Source of the DNA: Eledone cirrhosa
Taxonomy: Eukaryota
Direction of reading: 5' to 3'
NCBI GenBank assembly: GCA_964016885.1
Contig: OZ024742.1
Coordinates: forward strand, 113,336,001 to 113,400,000
DNA: 64,000 nucleotides
Positions 44,438 to 59,347 of the stretch are shown one piece after another (the stretch's first letter is position 1; the number at the start of each line of letters is the position of its first letter). The translations under genes were made by a program, and so were the position numbers. Below the pieces are notes generated by a model. The model was not told where the DNA came from. It did not search any database and worked only from the letters and a program-made list of their open reading frames with translations.

Positions 44438-45055
44438 CGGCTGAAAACTCTGCTAAGAGTAATGCAATCGCCTCTCAGATTATAGAGTTAGGTGCATATT
44501 TAGGTTACCGCCAGTCACACATACCTGTAAAAAACCTGAACAAGCAATGCCTGCGCTTTGAAGGTTTTGAGAGTGGCGGAATGCCTTGCAGTCGACCAAT
44601 CCCACTCTCTGAGCATCGAAAATACAACCCGAAAAAGAGAACTGGTCAACTTCCTTGGATGCTTTCGAAGCCGCACTTTTTTTTTCAGTGTTTCAGAGTT
44701 TCCCTCTCCTAGAATGGTGTCGTGACAAAATTGGAGGCCTTTCACTTCTAGGTGAGAAAAAAGAAAACAAACTACTATGTGGATGGCCGATGACTCTATT
44801 AGGTTCCTCCGCCCTTGGCCGGGTCTTGTATTTCATCCTGCAGGGTGTCCTAATTTCACCCTCCCTACCAAGCAAGCTTGGGGGGTTTGCCGGTTTAGTC
44901 GCCGACGACCCGACCATATGTCAGGTCGTACTGGTTACATTTACCTGTAGCAGTCGAGAGTGCCCTCACATTATACATATATATATATATATAATAGAGT
45001 TGTATGCATTGTCTGTAAGTGAAAACTGAAAAAGTACCATATATATGTAGGTACT

Positions 45056-45143
<88 letters not shown>

Positions 45144-45399
45144 TGTGTGTGTGCGTGTGTGTACGTTTATGTGTGTGTGTGTATGTGTATATATATCACT
45201 TTACAAATATACACTTGGCTGGAACTCTCAGGAAAATGTTACTCGTACATGATACACATGCATTAAGTAATTGTGAAAAGACGGCTTTATGGCGAATATT
45301 CTCTATAACCTCGTCCATAACTACACACACAAATACACATAAACGCAGACACACACACACACACACACATATATAGATATTTATATATATGAGAGTATT

Positions 45400-47132
45400 G
45401 AAGTTTGCTTGAAGCATTGTGGAATAATAAATACATATCTTTAAGTCGTTTGGAAGCCTCGACAATGCAAATGGGTAAATCTCCCGGTAACAAGATCCGG
45501 TGGTGGAGAGAGAGATGTAAGTGGGTGTACGTTGAGATGCGTGGTGTGTAAAGATGTGTAGAAGAAAGAAGGGAAGAGTATAAAGGATAAAATAATAATA
45601 ACAAAAAAAAGAGGGAGTTACCTTGTGAGATATTTAATAGTCCCTATATATTTCGGATTCACATCCATCAACTGGGGTTTTTTTCCGGTTGTCTGTCGGA
45701 CAGGTGCGAAACGTGTCCTCGGCTGTTTGTTGTTTTGAATATCTGAGGTATTCGGCAGAGCGCGCGTGCGCGTGAAATGGGGTCGGTCGGGCAGAGGTCA
45801 GCGGCCGAATGGGAGAGTGGGGTGGCGCTAGCTGTCAGTCCATCCTCTGCCTTTTTGTTAAATGTTACTGTGTGTGTGTGTGCGTGTGTTGTTGTCTCGC
45901 TTGAGTGTGTGTGTGTGTGCGTGTGTAGTTGCCTTGTTCCTATGTGTAGTATGTTCGTATGGTGGGATGCTACTGTTTGTGTGTGTGTGTGTGTAGTTGT
46001 CTCGTTTGTGTGTGTGTGTATTGTGTGTTGCTACATCGTTTGTTAACTTAAACCAGCCATCTCATTTCGCTTCTCTCTAATCGGTTGTTTATTTTCGGTA
46101 GCAGGCGTTTGATAAAAAGTGCTTCCTTGATACGTAACGTGCCGACGTTTCTTTCAGTCGCTAGAATTGTGACAATGGGCCTTCCGTCTTTGTTTCCGCA
46201 TTAGTCTATGTGTTTCCGGAAAGACGAGGCCCTGGTTTTAGTGTGTTCCTTGATCCGGATGTGCAAAGGTCGGATTGTGCTACCTATGTAGTATTGGTTG
46301 CACCTGTTACATTCTGTCTTATACACGACGTATGTGCGTAGGTAACAGTACGCCTGGCGTATCGGGCAGTCTTGAGGGAGCATGCGTCAGTAGATTTCCC
46401 GGGTTTCGTGGAGAGGCATCTTCGCAGGGATGGGCCCGAGTGGGCCAGGTGGATGTCGAGGCCCTCCCTCCGTATAGCCTTGCGGATAGCGTTGGTGGTA
46501 TTCTCGCCCAGATGTGGAATTTTAAGGAAGCACTTGCCTTGGGTGCCTCTCTGTCTCTTGTGTCTGGTGGCTCCTATTCTGTCTGTGATCGAGGTTGGTT
46601 ACCCGTTCGTCTCCAGCACCTCGAGGAATCGCTTAAAATGAGTGACACCACTCGCGGGATCGCTGCATCTGCTTTTGATTCGCGCGATCTCGTTCGTGAT
46701 GTATCCTCTTTTGGCACTGTTAGGGAGGGCGGTCTTGTAGTGAACGAACAGGTCCCTGCAGGCTGTCTTTCAGTAGAAGTTGCAGTGGATCCTTCCCTGT
46801 TCCGTGATGTTGATTCGGAAGTCGAGGAGGGCAAGTGACCCGACTTCGTTAGCGTGTTCAACACTGAAGTCAATGTTCTCAGCCGTGTTGTTGAACGTCT
46901 CATAGATTCTCTTCGCCGTGTCTTGGGAAGATGTGAGGATGAGGATATCGTCCACGTACCTTGAGAAAAAGGCTACGGCGTTGGGGTGGCAGGCGTTGAG
47001 TGCCTTGCGTTTGAGGTTGTCCATGTAAGAGATCGCTAGCACACCTGATAGGCTTGATCCCACGGGCAATCCCGAGGTTTGTTGGTATGTTTGGTCAAGG
47101 AATCCGAAGTAGGTGTTGTCGACGATGATGGA
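45400..47132 (-). mobile_element. 5'-truncated PLE (Penelope/Poseidon-like) with RT C-half, GIY-YIG and 3' pLTR
   Basis: TYQQTSGLPVGSSLSGVLAISYM, FFSRYVDDILIL, LALLDFRI, VVYKTECNRCNQYYIGSTIRPLHIRIKEH; decayed minimal HHR at 45642-45677 (-). Confidence 0.9.
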
Positions 47133-47141
47133 TATATATAC

Positions 47142-47202
<61 letters not shown>

Positions 47203-48350
47203 GTGGTGTATGTGTTTCTACATATGTACGTATCGTTTCATCCCTGAAACGTTAAAGAACATTATACTTAACTTTTTCAGTAACTACGGTGACTGAAATT
47301 CAGAGCAAGATCTGCGATATTTATTGTTCTCTACAAAGAGAACTATCATAATAGTTATTTAGTAAAGCAATGAGGTATATGCATTTGTCTTAAGCTCAGC
47401 CTCGTGAATTTTGTGTTGAATGAATCTAACCAAATGATATGTTATACCAGTAATATATTATACTATATCACAGACAGTATTGGCAATATTTCAAAAATTC
47501 CTTCAATACCGTCCTAAATATTTAATGATACGTCCAGGTTTTACCTGCATGTATGGAAAGTACAAGAATGATTCATTTTTAGTATATTTTCTGATTGATG
47601 TCACCATGTGTATCACATGCGTGACGCTAAACAGAGCAAAAGTATGTGACATGGTGAGATATACATATTTTTCCAAAAAAAATCGATACAAAAAATAGTT
47701 TATATTTTCAGAATATAACCCAGAATTTTAGAAGAAAATATAATTTAGTATAGGAAAAGTCCATTTATGCTTGAGTAGACCCTGTGCGTATTCAATTCAA
47801 AGATGCTTGAAATAAATAACTATTTATATATGCGTTAAGTCATTGTAGCTTCGGCTTATATCTTTTCATTTCATATCCGATAAATTCGTCATTGTATATA
47901 AAGTGTTCACTGAATTACTTCTAGCATATTTGGATCAGCTATTTTACTTTGAAGAACTAGTGGTCAAATTCAATTTGAAGACAAGAATTTTCTTAATGAT
48001 TTATTTTAAATATGTTGGCAGAGTTCAATCCGTAGAGATTACACTTTATTTATTGGTCTCAAGATGTCAATATCTATAGTAGGTTGCCATTTGGAATAAA
48101 TTCAAATGAATTCTCTTGATAAACATTAGCTTTATATAATGACTTCAATTTAAAAATGGTTTTCTGTTAGTTTATTTATTTCTTCTGTATGAACTAGAAA
48201 TTGCTGTCATATGAAATGCTCAATATACAACAGAATCTGCCTTAACAGTCCATGTTTCCGGTATTTAATGTCATCCCTCTCTTCTTTTTTATCCTTAATG
48301 AGATGATTAGAACACTTTATTGTTTTCAAAGTCATCTATAATGTTTATGG

Positions 48351-48403
<53 letters not shown>
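48351..48403 (+). repeat. (TAC)n microsatellite
   Basis: Direct reading. Confidence 0.95.
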
Positions 48404-50129
48404 AACATCAGCAACCAACCCATTAAACTTATCATTGGCCACTAGGACAAACTATGAAGGATAATACCATTTAAGACAGATATTGCTGATTTACAACAAA
48501 AATAAAAAAATAAAAAATCGACTATATATAAAATAACGAAACAGGATACCAAGAAAAAATTATAACAATAGAATTCTCTTACAAAGATGAAATTAGGAAA
48601 ACCACACACCCATAATCACTTCGCTAACACTAGGTCAATATTCAGGTGCCTTTCTCCGCTCAGAAATCTCCAGGCAAAACGCGCAATCACTCGGACGAGG
48701 CTCGCTACAATCAACTGGAAAATATACAGATGGGTAGCTTTTCAACATTCTTTCTCAGATTCCTTTCCTAGTGGAATTTGAAGGCGCTTTGTACAATCTG
48801 TTAGTGGAAGTCACACCCATCTGCTTTGAGCAGAACAAAATGTAGCAAAACACATCATAGTCCGTTAAAGAGCGAAATCTGCATCTATTGCAATATCGCT
48901 TGCTAAAATGTGGGCACCTCGTACAGTTTTCAGTCCCTCGTGAAATATTTTCATGAGACTTTCCGAATATGCAAGTTCCGTGATCTGCATTAAAGCATGG
49001 ATCCAGTGTTTTTTTGCACGTCAATTGCAACAACACTCCTAATCGCTTTCTTTTTGGTTTAGCTACTACATTCCAATATATTCTACATTTCTATTGCTAA
49101 TTCTTTATTAAACACTATTGATTCTCTTTTAATCATTATCTTGGACATGTAACCACCTATGTATCAGTCAACTGGTGTTATTTAATATCGGAAACCATTT
49201 TTCTAGATTTTATGCTCCGGGTAAACAGTTTCCAGGGACCGGAGCATTCACTACATGTTCCATCAAGTTTGAACATGCATATCACACCTTTGGAGTCTAA
49301 TTGAGCAAGCATATGAAAGTATGATAACATATTTCGAGTAGGTATTAAATTGTAGACGATTGGAACCATCAACGCTGGTTTAATTAATTCCCTAATCTGG
49401 TATCACTAATTGTTGCTCCTTCAGGAAGACGCGTTCCACTTCCATTGACCAGTCTTCAATCTATGAAGTTTACCTAATTTGCGTATGCAGCTTCCAAATG
49501 CGTGATCTTTGTAGTCAACCACTTAAAATTGAGGACACTTTAGGTTATCATTGTCTACTACATTACATAATACCCTATTAGCACAAATCCGTGTGACCGA
49601 TTCAGTTTAACTATGATCACATAGTGGGTACATGTTAATGAGTTGTAATGGACTGAACACTTTTGTGAAGCTTTTTACGCGGGTGCATTAAGATACCGTT
49701 TCGCTCATCCACTGATACTAAAGAAGTAGAGGTATCTAGAAATATCTCCAGGCCCCTGAAAAAAATCGGAACGAACTGGCCCCTGTCGAGGAATAGACGA
49801 GTAAACTCCTTAAGGCATGTCCATCCTTGCTGGTCTCGTTCAGCACCCACACCTTGCCATCTACCCCTAAAAAAGTGTCCGAATCGTGAGATCTAAACCT
49901 TTCCTATCAAATAGTCACTCCGCCTGCGGATCCCTTATGTCTTAGTGAGACGTACACCACATAGCAACCGAAAATATGTCTAAAGCATTGTGCCTCGGAA
50001 ATTCCTGCCTCGATGGTTCAGGTGGCCAAGATTCGAAGATGATGCCAGCCAATGTGCATTTACACTCCATCTCTTGAGAAATCCAATGGTTGATGAAGAG
50101 GAAATTAAGTGAGAAAGACAACTTACTAG

Positions 50130-50760
50130 ATTCATGTGAGCAAAGGATAATTGATTTGTCCTTCAGGCTAGTCCATGCATTTCCACAACACTAACACTGT
50201 CCATTATTGTAAATATTGAACAACTGAATCTACAGTCGCTTTTCGGAATTTCAGTTTTAAGTTTATGTATGCGTCTTGTATGATGTTTATGAGTTATATG
50301 GGCACTGTTGTAGTTATCTTTCCAATGTACTTGATGTTTCTGTGTAGGCCTGGGTGATACGTTAAAGTTTCCTTCGTAGTTTTTATAGTTCTGTACATTT
50401 TTTTTTTACATGTTTTTTTATTGTTTGTGTGTTGCGTTGCATTCGGATGTTGTTGGTGTATTTAGTGGCGATATGGTGCAGCTATGATTTCTAGATGAGA
50501 TAGCAATCTTGGCGGTAGTAGCGAAGTCGAAGTTGGTGTTTCTGTATCGTATAGCGCCAACTACTTTTTCTGCAACTTATTTGGGGGGAGGGGTTGCAAA
50601 CTCAGAGCTAATTATTTTCGGTATTTGTCCATTTTGCGCCTGACGTTTTGCCATTGAACTTCTTCGCCCCTATCCATATTCTACTGTAACAGTGATAACC
50701 ATGTTATCTACATGTATTACTGTTGTTTTCGTTGGTATTCGTATTGGTTCTCACGTCCTT
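50130..50760 (-). mobile_element. Possible decayed LINE APE endonuclease remnant
   Basis: Minus strand AWTSLKDKSI resembles the APE motif TW.SPdg...nqID; weak otherwise. Confidence 0.3.
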
Positions 50761-50794
50761 TCTGCTTTTCTGCCGTATCTGTTGGTTTATATTC

Positions 50795-51243
50795 TCCCTT
50801 TGTTTGTTGAAAAAAGTGATAAGTGACATAGTCACTACTTTAAAATAATAGCGCAAGGTCTTCAAAATGTTTTTAATTAAGCATTCAGTATATTACCAAA
50901 TATACTATATATACATTCATGTTTACATCTCTATTTCAGAACACCGATTCTAATTTTCAATTTTTGCTGGACCACCAATCGCTCTGTATAATAAGTTCCT
51001 GATTATTACTGGAATTCTATAACAATCCAACATCTATAATGTTCAACAGGCAGCGGTGAGAACTAAGCTCTGATGATTACCAACAGTAGGAAACAGATCT
51101 GTCAGCTTATGTCCCTTTGTTTGTTGAAAAAAGTAGTAAGTGACAGTCACTACTTTAAATAATAGCGCAAGGTCTTCTAAATGGTTTTAAATAAGCATAC
51201 AGTATATTGCCAAATATACTATATATACATTCATGGATACATC
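50795..51243 (+). repeat. ~135 bp direct repeat (50795-50929 / 51112-51243)
   Basis: tccctttgtttgttgaaaaaagt...gcgcaaggtcttc...atatacattcatg occurs twice. Confidence 0.85.
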
Positions 51244-51285
51244 GGTAATTCAGAGCACCCATTCAAATATATATATATATATATA

Positions 51286-51357
<72 letters not shown>

Positions 51358-51463
51358 TATAATATATATATTATAAACATACACAAACACACATACACAT
51401 ACACACATACACACGCACGTACACACACACACACACATACACACACACACATATATATATATA

Positions 51464-54400
51464 ATGATATTAAATAAATGTAAACTATATTTATAAAACC
51501 ATATTCATTCTATTATATATATGTCAAGGGTAACAACACTTCGGTACGCTTTCATCTGATAGAAAACAAAGTTTGTTTTATAAATTTTGACATAACCGAG
51601 TTCATAACGGTTCAAGTTTTCCTTGGATAGTGAAGGGATGAGAAAAGATAAGGCAGAAATTTCAAGTTATTAAGATGAGTATGAAAATGAGGCTGAGGTA
51701 TAGAACGGAGAAAAAACACGTTATTTTAGACGCTATGCGGAATTTAAATAATGACGATATATGTATGTATGCGTAGGAAGAAGAAAAAAGAAGAGCATGT
51801 ATTTACCTTATTTTAAAAGGAATTAACAATTTAGCGCAATAGTGGAATATGATTTCAGAATATAAATTTGTTTAGCTATATTATGAGTTATAATATTGTA
51901 TATATAATCAATTAGATTATATGAAGAATTATGGTTGTATGTATATTTTATCTTATTACATTACAATAGGTTATAAGTGTATAAATATCTATATAGATTA
52001 ATAAGTGTACATGTATACGTATTATAGAAACAGAAATAATTTACAATTATTAGTTGTTCATATTTCTAATATGAGTTACGAAGGAAGTTGATTTTGCACT
52101 TTACATAAAAAAAACATGTGATTCAAGTTGTAAGAGAAGAACAATTTGTAAATTCGAATATTTTGTTCCAACATTGAAAATGTTTTCAGAATATTGTAAA
52201 TTTATCGAAGTTATATAGTTTATCGTATATATTATTATAATATCATGTTTATGTTTGCACAATTGAAAAGAGAAAGCTAACCCCAATCTTGTTTGCTAAC
52301 CGTTACATTTGATGAATGATTTACTCAGAAAATATGTTATTTTGTGTGAGATTAATTATTTTAGTTGAAAGATGTGCAAAAGTTTGTAAATCAAAAGTAG
52401 AGGAGAAACGTAATGTGCATTTCGAAGAACTATCGTAAAGAGGATACATTTTCAGAATGTCAATTAAAGATTATCAAACTACAACTAAATAAATAATGTC
52501 AGCAATAAAAAATATAAAAAAAATATAAAAGATATATATATAAACAAATATATATTAACAAAATTTAAAAATGAACGTCAAAAGGTAAAAATAGTAGAAA
52601 TATTTAAAGAAATTTTAAAATTAATAAGGAAGATCATTTAAAAAAAAAAGAACGTTTACATTTAAATTTTAAAGAAAATAGGATCATTTTGAAGGTGTAT
52701 AAGGATATCATAAATTAAAAATATTTCTGAAAGTGGAACTTTGGCGATGTCTGCAAGAAAAAAAATAATTATGTTTTAAGATTAATATACTTTTGGCATT
52801 TAAATATATAAAAAATTCATCGATACACAAGTCACAGAAACTTGAGAAAGCCATATATGGGTATGCAGGGGTTTTCGAAATCGTTCTCCAAGATATTGAA
52901 TAGTCTATTTTGTTGTCTTTTAAGTTCCAATTTAAATGTGAAAGAAAAGTAGAAGATTTTTTTATCGGATTTCTTAAATGTGTGTTTATGGATATACCAG
53001 CGTTCTTTTAATTTTGTAGCACCAATATAGTTAAATACTTTGTCTCCAGTTTTAACTGTGCATTTATAAATTACGTTTTGTCTAAGCAATTATTTTGTAA
53101 AGCGCAGTTACATTTTCTGGAGTTGTTGTTGTTCGGAAGTGTACTATTATTCTTAATATTGTTGTTAGACATATTATTATTGCTATTTTGGTTAATTTGG
53201 TTAGGGTTTAAATTTAAGTTACTATTCTCAATTGTATTTATATTGTGTGCTATGTTCATAGTAGTAGAGTAGGATAGTGCTATATTGTGTCTGTTAAACA
53301 TAGAGTGGTTTTTAGGAAAACATTTATCTAGTGCTTTAAATAATAGCTTTTCTAAAGGTGGTTTAACGCTTAATAAGAATGGAGGAATGTACAAACTAAT
53401 ATTTCTAGTTCCAGTTGTTTTGTTTGGTTTAGTATTGAAGTTAATTGTTTATTATTATATCATTAATTTCAGGATGATTTGTCATGTTATTGTTACCTAT
53501 GTATTTAATGTTATTCCTATATCCTGCTCTAAGTAAAGATTCAGTCTAATATTCTGCCTTATCATCAACAATATTTTTTATTAGCAGAGTGCGTGAAATC
53601 CGTTGCTGGACACTATTGCCAATAGTGTTTTTAATACTTCTAGGATGATTAGAATTGAAACTTACGTAATTTAGATGTTCATTAAGTTCATGCAAAGGAT
53701 AATAAAGACATGTGCTAAGGTTTAAGGTTATATCTAAGAAGTAAACGATTTCGTAGTTACTCTCTATTTCTAACTTAAGGTTGTAGTTGTTGAAATGGAT
53801 TATGGATTTCCTTTTCCTATTAATTTCACTATTGCTATGGTTTTCAATTAAAAGTAACGTATCGTCACGATATAAACCTCCGGTCATCTCTGGCATTTTC
53901 CTATACAGTACATTATTAATAATTAATCCAATGAGGTCCGTTACTTGCGCCGAGTCAGATGATCCCAGAATGATATCAAAATTGTGTTTCTGTCGGCTCT
54001 TGTCCAGAGATGATTATTAAATTATATTAGTGTTTTATGTGCTTTTAGAATTATATTCATTTCATCACTAGATAGGTCTGTATGTTTAGACGCGTGGATA
54101 AGTGCCGTATTAAGTAAGCTAGGGGTAATAGAGGTGTAGTAATTTGCAATATCCATTTGAATGCTTTTTTGTTATGATTTAATTTTATGTCATTGAACCA
54201 ATCTATGACTACATTAGTACCGTTCCATAGTTTAAGGTGTGATTTTTTTCTTTAATTAGTGGTATAATTACATCTAATACATGCTTGCTAATGATGCCTA
54301 AGTCCGATTTAGATGGTACGATGAGACTGACTGGTAGTTCAATTTCAAATTTTCTTTTGTGGTCCTTTAGGTTAATCTTCGGTTTTCTAGGTATAAAGGG

Positions 54401-56240
54401 TTCAGTCCTAATTTGAATGCCTAATTTATAAATAATTTCAGAGGCTCCTCTATTTAAGGTTGAAAGATTATCATTTGATGTCATTTTATAGTTGTTCATG
54501 AGTTCTTTCCATATAAGGTTATTATATTCGTCCTTTTCTATACCATATAGATTATTTGTTTTGTCAGATTTTACCAGGATCCTCCTTGTTTTTTCTAGAT
54601 TGACTATTTTGTTCTTGAGGCTTTTAAAGTACTCCTAGCCGATACATAGGTTTTTTTTTATTTAATGATTTCAACATTTTCAAATTCGGCTAGTATTTTG
54701 TTGCTAGGTGGATTCATCTTAGATTTGAAGATAAGAAAGAAGTTCTAACTTGATTTGTTTATTTTGTCCTCCGATTTTCTATCAAAATGAAAAGTACGCC
54801 TTCTACGTCTTCGTATAAAGGAGTCAGATTTCTCAATAAAGTCGTTTTAGATATTTCTTATTTTTAGGTAAGTGTACATCTTCTAGAGGCGAAGAAATCC
54901 TAAAGAATTCCATTATTTTGAAATCAGTTATAGTTTAAAGGGAGCTATGTATAGTTTATAAATAGCTTTATTTATAGTTTAAAGGAGCTATTTATAAGCA
55001 CAAGGAAATTCAATTTGTTGGTAATTCAACAAATATAAATGATTATATCTGATACAGAGCACTCGACATATCTTTTGATATTAAATGATAGTAAATGATA
55101 TTAAATAAATGGAAACTATATTTATAAAACATTATTTATTCTATTATATATATTTCAAGTGTACCAAAACTTTGGTACGCTTTCATCAGATAAAATACAA
55201 AGTGTGTTTTAAAAATGTTAATATAACCAAGGACAGATACCTTACTGGTGCAGGTTTTCCTTGGATAGTGAAGGGATAAGAGATGAAATATATTTTTTAT
55301 ATCTTTTAATAATTGTTTACTTCTGACATTATTTGTTTAGATGTACGTTGATAATCTTTAATTGACATTCTGAAAAAATATCCTCTTTACGATAGTTCTT
55401 CAAACTTTTACACATCTTTCGACTAAAATAACTAATCTCACACAAAATGACATATATATGCTAAGTAAATCATTCATCAACTTTAACGATTAACAAACAA
55501 GATTGGAGTTATCTTTCCATTTTCAATTGTGCAAACATAAACATGATATTATAATAATGTTTACGATAAACTATATAACTTCGCTAAATTAATAATATTC
55601 TGAAAACATTTTCAATGTTGGAACAAAATATTCGAATCTGCAAATGGTTATCAACTTGAATCAGATGTTTTTTTAATGTAAAATGCAAAATCAACTTCCT
55701 TCGTAACTCATATTAGAAATATAAACAACTAATAATTGTAAATTATTACTATTTCTGTAATACATATACATGCACAATTATTAATCTATATTGATATGTA
55801 TGCACTTATAACCTATTGTAATGTAATAAGATAAAATATACATACAACCATAATTCTTCATATAATCTAATTGATTATATATACAATATTATAACTCATA
55901 ATATAGCTAAAAAAATTAAATTCTGGAACCATAATCCACCATTCCCCCAAATTGTTCATTCCTTTTAAATTAACCTAAATGCACGTTTTTCTTCCATTTT
56001 CTTCTTTCTTGGTTATTTCAAAATAAAAAAAAAACAATTTGTATATTATCTGATGAAAGCGTAACAAAGTTTTGGTACCCTTGAAATATATATAATAGAA
56101 TAAATATGGTTTTATACATATAGTTTCCATTTATTTAATATCATATTATACTCCAGAAAATCTGTCGAGTGCTCTGAATCAGTTATAGTCATTTATATTT
56201 GTGAATTACCAACAAATTGAATATCCCTTTTGCTTATATA
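51464..56240 (-). mobile_element. PLE family B copy 1: 3' pLTR 51464-52700, decayed ORF ~52700-54920, partial direct pLTR 55095-55285, inverted pLTR 55290-56240
   Basis: KINLKDHK, MDIANYYTSI, GGLYRDDTLLL, FLDITLNL, CNCALQNNC, NVIYKCTV..YIGAT; HHRs at 51505-51567 (-, decayed), 55137-55197 (-) and 56042-56102 (+). Confidence 0.9.
56042..56102 (+). ncRNA. Type I hammerhead in inverted pLTR
   Basis: tatattat CTGATGA aagc-gtaacaa..ttggtac-cctt GAAA TATATA TA atagaata. Confidence 0.75.
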
Positions 56241-56253
56241 TATATATATATAC

Positions 56254-56510
56254 GCAGTGTGACAAGAATCTTGCTTTCCAACTACATATTTGCGGGTTCA
56301 GTCCCACTGCCCGGGCTGGACAAAACCCTGTCATTGGATTTGATAGACCGAATCTAAAAGCAGCCCGTCGTATATATGTATATATGTATGTGTGTGTCTT
56401 TGCGTTTGTGTTTGCCCTCCCACCAATGCTTGTTGGTTTGTTGACGTCCCCATAACTTAGCAAGGTGATGCTCCAGCATGGTCGTAGTCCAGAGACAGAA
56501 AAATAGTAAA
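56254..56510 (+). mobile_element. Decayed tRNA-derived SINE (octopus-type)
   Basis: B-box-like gggttcagtccc, then gcccgtcgtatatatg, gacgtccccataacttagc and gctccagcatgg. Confidence 0.7.
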
Positions 56511-56544
56511 ATATTTGTGTGTGTGTGTGCGTGTGTGTGCGTGA

Positions 56545-59072
56545 AACCCGTTTTTGGACTCTATTAACAATAGTGTTTTTAACACCTCTCGGACGATTAT
56601 TAGAATTGAAACTTACGGAATTTAGATTTTCGTTAATTTCATGGAAAGGATAGTAAAGACATGTGCTAAGTGTTACGGTTACATCTAAGAAGTAAACGAT
56701 TCTGTAGCTATTCTCTATTTCTAACTTATGTTGGTAGTTGTTGAGAAATTGTATTATGGATTTATTTTCCTATTAATTTCACGATTGCTATGGTTTTCAA
56801 TTAAAAGTAACGTGACGTCACGATATGAACCTTCGGTTATCTATGGCATTTTCCTATGCAGTACATTATTAATAAATAATCCAACGAGGTGCGTTACTTG
56901 TGCTGAGTTACATGATCCCAGAGTGATATTAAAATTGTGTTTCTGTCGGCTCTTGTCCAGAGATGATCATTAAATTATATTAGTTATTTACGTACTGTTA
57001 GAATTATATTCATTTCATCACTAGATAGGTTTGTATGTTTAGACGCGTGGATAAGTGCCTTAATAAGTAAGCGAGGGGTAATAGAGGAAAGTAATTTGCA
57101 AAATCCATTTCAATGATTTTTTGGTTATGTTTTAATTTTATGTTATTGAACCAATCTATAACTTCATTAGTACCGTTCCATAGTTTAAAACGTGATTTTT
57201 CTTTAAGTAGTGGTATAATTATATTTAATATATGCTTGCTAATGATGCCTAAGTCGAATTTAGATGGTGCGATGAGTCTGACTGGTAGTTCAATTTTAAA
57301 ACTTCTTTTGTGGTCCTTAAGGTTAATCTTCGGTTTTCTAGGTATAAAGTGTTCGGTCCCGTTTTGGATGCCTAATTTATAAATAATTTCAAAGGTTTCT
57401 CTATTTAACGTTGGAATATCATCATTTGATGTTATTTTATAGTTTTTCCTGAGTTCTTTCAATATAAGTTTATTATATTCGTCCTTTTCAATACCTTATA
57501 TAAATTATTTGTTTTGTCAGATTTTACCAGGAACATCCTTATTTTTTCTAGATTGTCTATTTTGTTCTTGAGGCTTTTAAAGTACTCCTGACCGATCCAT
57601 TGTTTTTTTTTTTATTTAATCTATTCAACATTTTCAAATTCGGCTAGTAGTTTGTTGCTAGATGGATTCTTCTTAGATTTGAACGAAGTTCTAACTGGAT
57701 TTATTTATTTTGTCCTCCGATTTTCTATCAAAATGGAAAGCACGCCTTCTAAGTCTTTGTATAAAGGAGTCAGATTTATCAATGAGTTGTTTTCGATATT
57801 CCTTATTTTTAGGTAAGTGTTCATCTTTTAGAAAAGAAGAAATCCGAAAGAATTCCTTTATTTTGCTATCAGTTATAGTTTAAAGTGCTCAACATTAAAT
57901 GAGCTATTTATAGGCAAAAGGGATATTCAATTTATTGTTAATTCAACAAATATAAATGATTATCACTGATTCAGAGCACACGACAGGTATTCTGGAGTAT
58001 AATATTCAATGATATTAAATAAATGAAAACTATATTTATAAAACAATATTTATTCTATTATATATATTTCAAGGGTACCAACATTTTGGTACGCTTTCAT
58101 CAGATAAAATACAAAGTGTGTTTTTTAAATTTTGACATAACCAAGGAACGATACCTTAACCATTCAACTTTTCCTTCGATAGTGAAGGGATAAGAGAAGA
58201 AATATATTTTTTATATTTTTTAATATTTTTTTACTTCTGACATTATTTTTTTAGATGTAGTTTGTTAACCTTTAATTGAAATTCTGAAAATGTATCCTCT
58301 TCAAACTTCTTACACATCTTTCGACAACATAATTTATCTGATACAAAATAACATATATATGCTCAGTAAATCATTCATCAAATTTAACGTTTAACTAACA
58401 AGATTGGAGTTCCATTGTCAATTGTGCAAACATAAACATGATATTATAATAATGTTTAGGATCAACTATATAACTTCGCTAAATTAACAATATTCGATTC
58501 TTCAAATTGTTCTCCTCTTACAACTTGAATCACATGTTTTTTATGTAAAATGCAAAGTTAAAATTCTTCGTAACTTATATTAGAAATATAAACAACTAAT
58601 AATTGTAAATTATTTCTATTTCTCTAATATATACATACACAATTATTAATCTATATAGATATATTTACACTTATAACCTATTGTAATGTAATAAGATACA
58701 ACCAGAATTCTTCATATAATCTAATTGATTATATATACAATATTATAACTCATGATATAGCCAAATCAATTTAAATTCTGGAATCATATTCTACCATTAC
58801 CCCAAATTGTTAATTCATGTTAAATTAACGTAACTATAAGCTAATCTTCCATTTCTTCTTCGAATACATACATTTATCCTAATTATTTAAATTCTGCATA
58901 GCGTCAAAGATAACGTTTTTTGCCGCCCTAAACATCAACCTCATATTAATAATTTTAAATATCTGACTTTTCTTATCCCTTCACAATCCAAGGAAAACTT
59001 GAAGCGTTAAGGTATCTTTCCTTGTTTATGTCAACATTTATAAAACAAAGTTTGTATTTTATCTGGTGAAAC
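56545..59072 (-). mobile_element. PLE family B copy 2, 3'-truncated, with HHR at 58051-58111 (-) and inverted pLTR 58200-59072
   Basis: 56560-58850 is collinear with 53600-55980; ORF fragment KINLKDHK..EVIDWF..MDFANY. Confidence 0.9.
58051..58111 (-). ncRNA. Type I hammerhead, intact core
   Basis: tattttat CTGATGA aagc-gtaccaa aatg ttggtac-cctt GAAA TATATA TA atagaata. Confidence 0.82.
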
Positions 59073-59210
59073 CAGAATTATTTTTGAGTGGCTGTTGTTT
59101 GCAGCATTGCAATATAAGATTGCACTTACCAATGACATGGTCGTAAATACATGGATAAAATCCTTTTTTTATTCCTTACCTGTGTTTTCTATTTTATCCT
59201 ATATATATAT

Positions 59211-59347
<137 letters not shown>

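Noticed and set aside
50795-51243. Hammerhead in the 135 bp direct repeat
   Set aside because: CTGAATG and TTGAAGA occur on the minus strand but no matching GAAA or stems were found.
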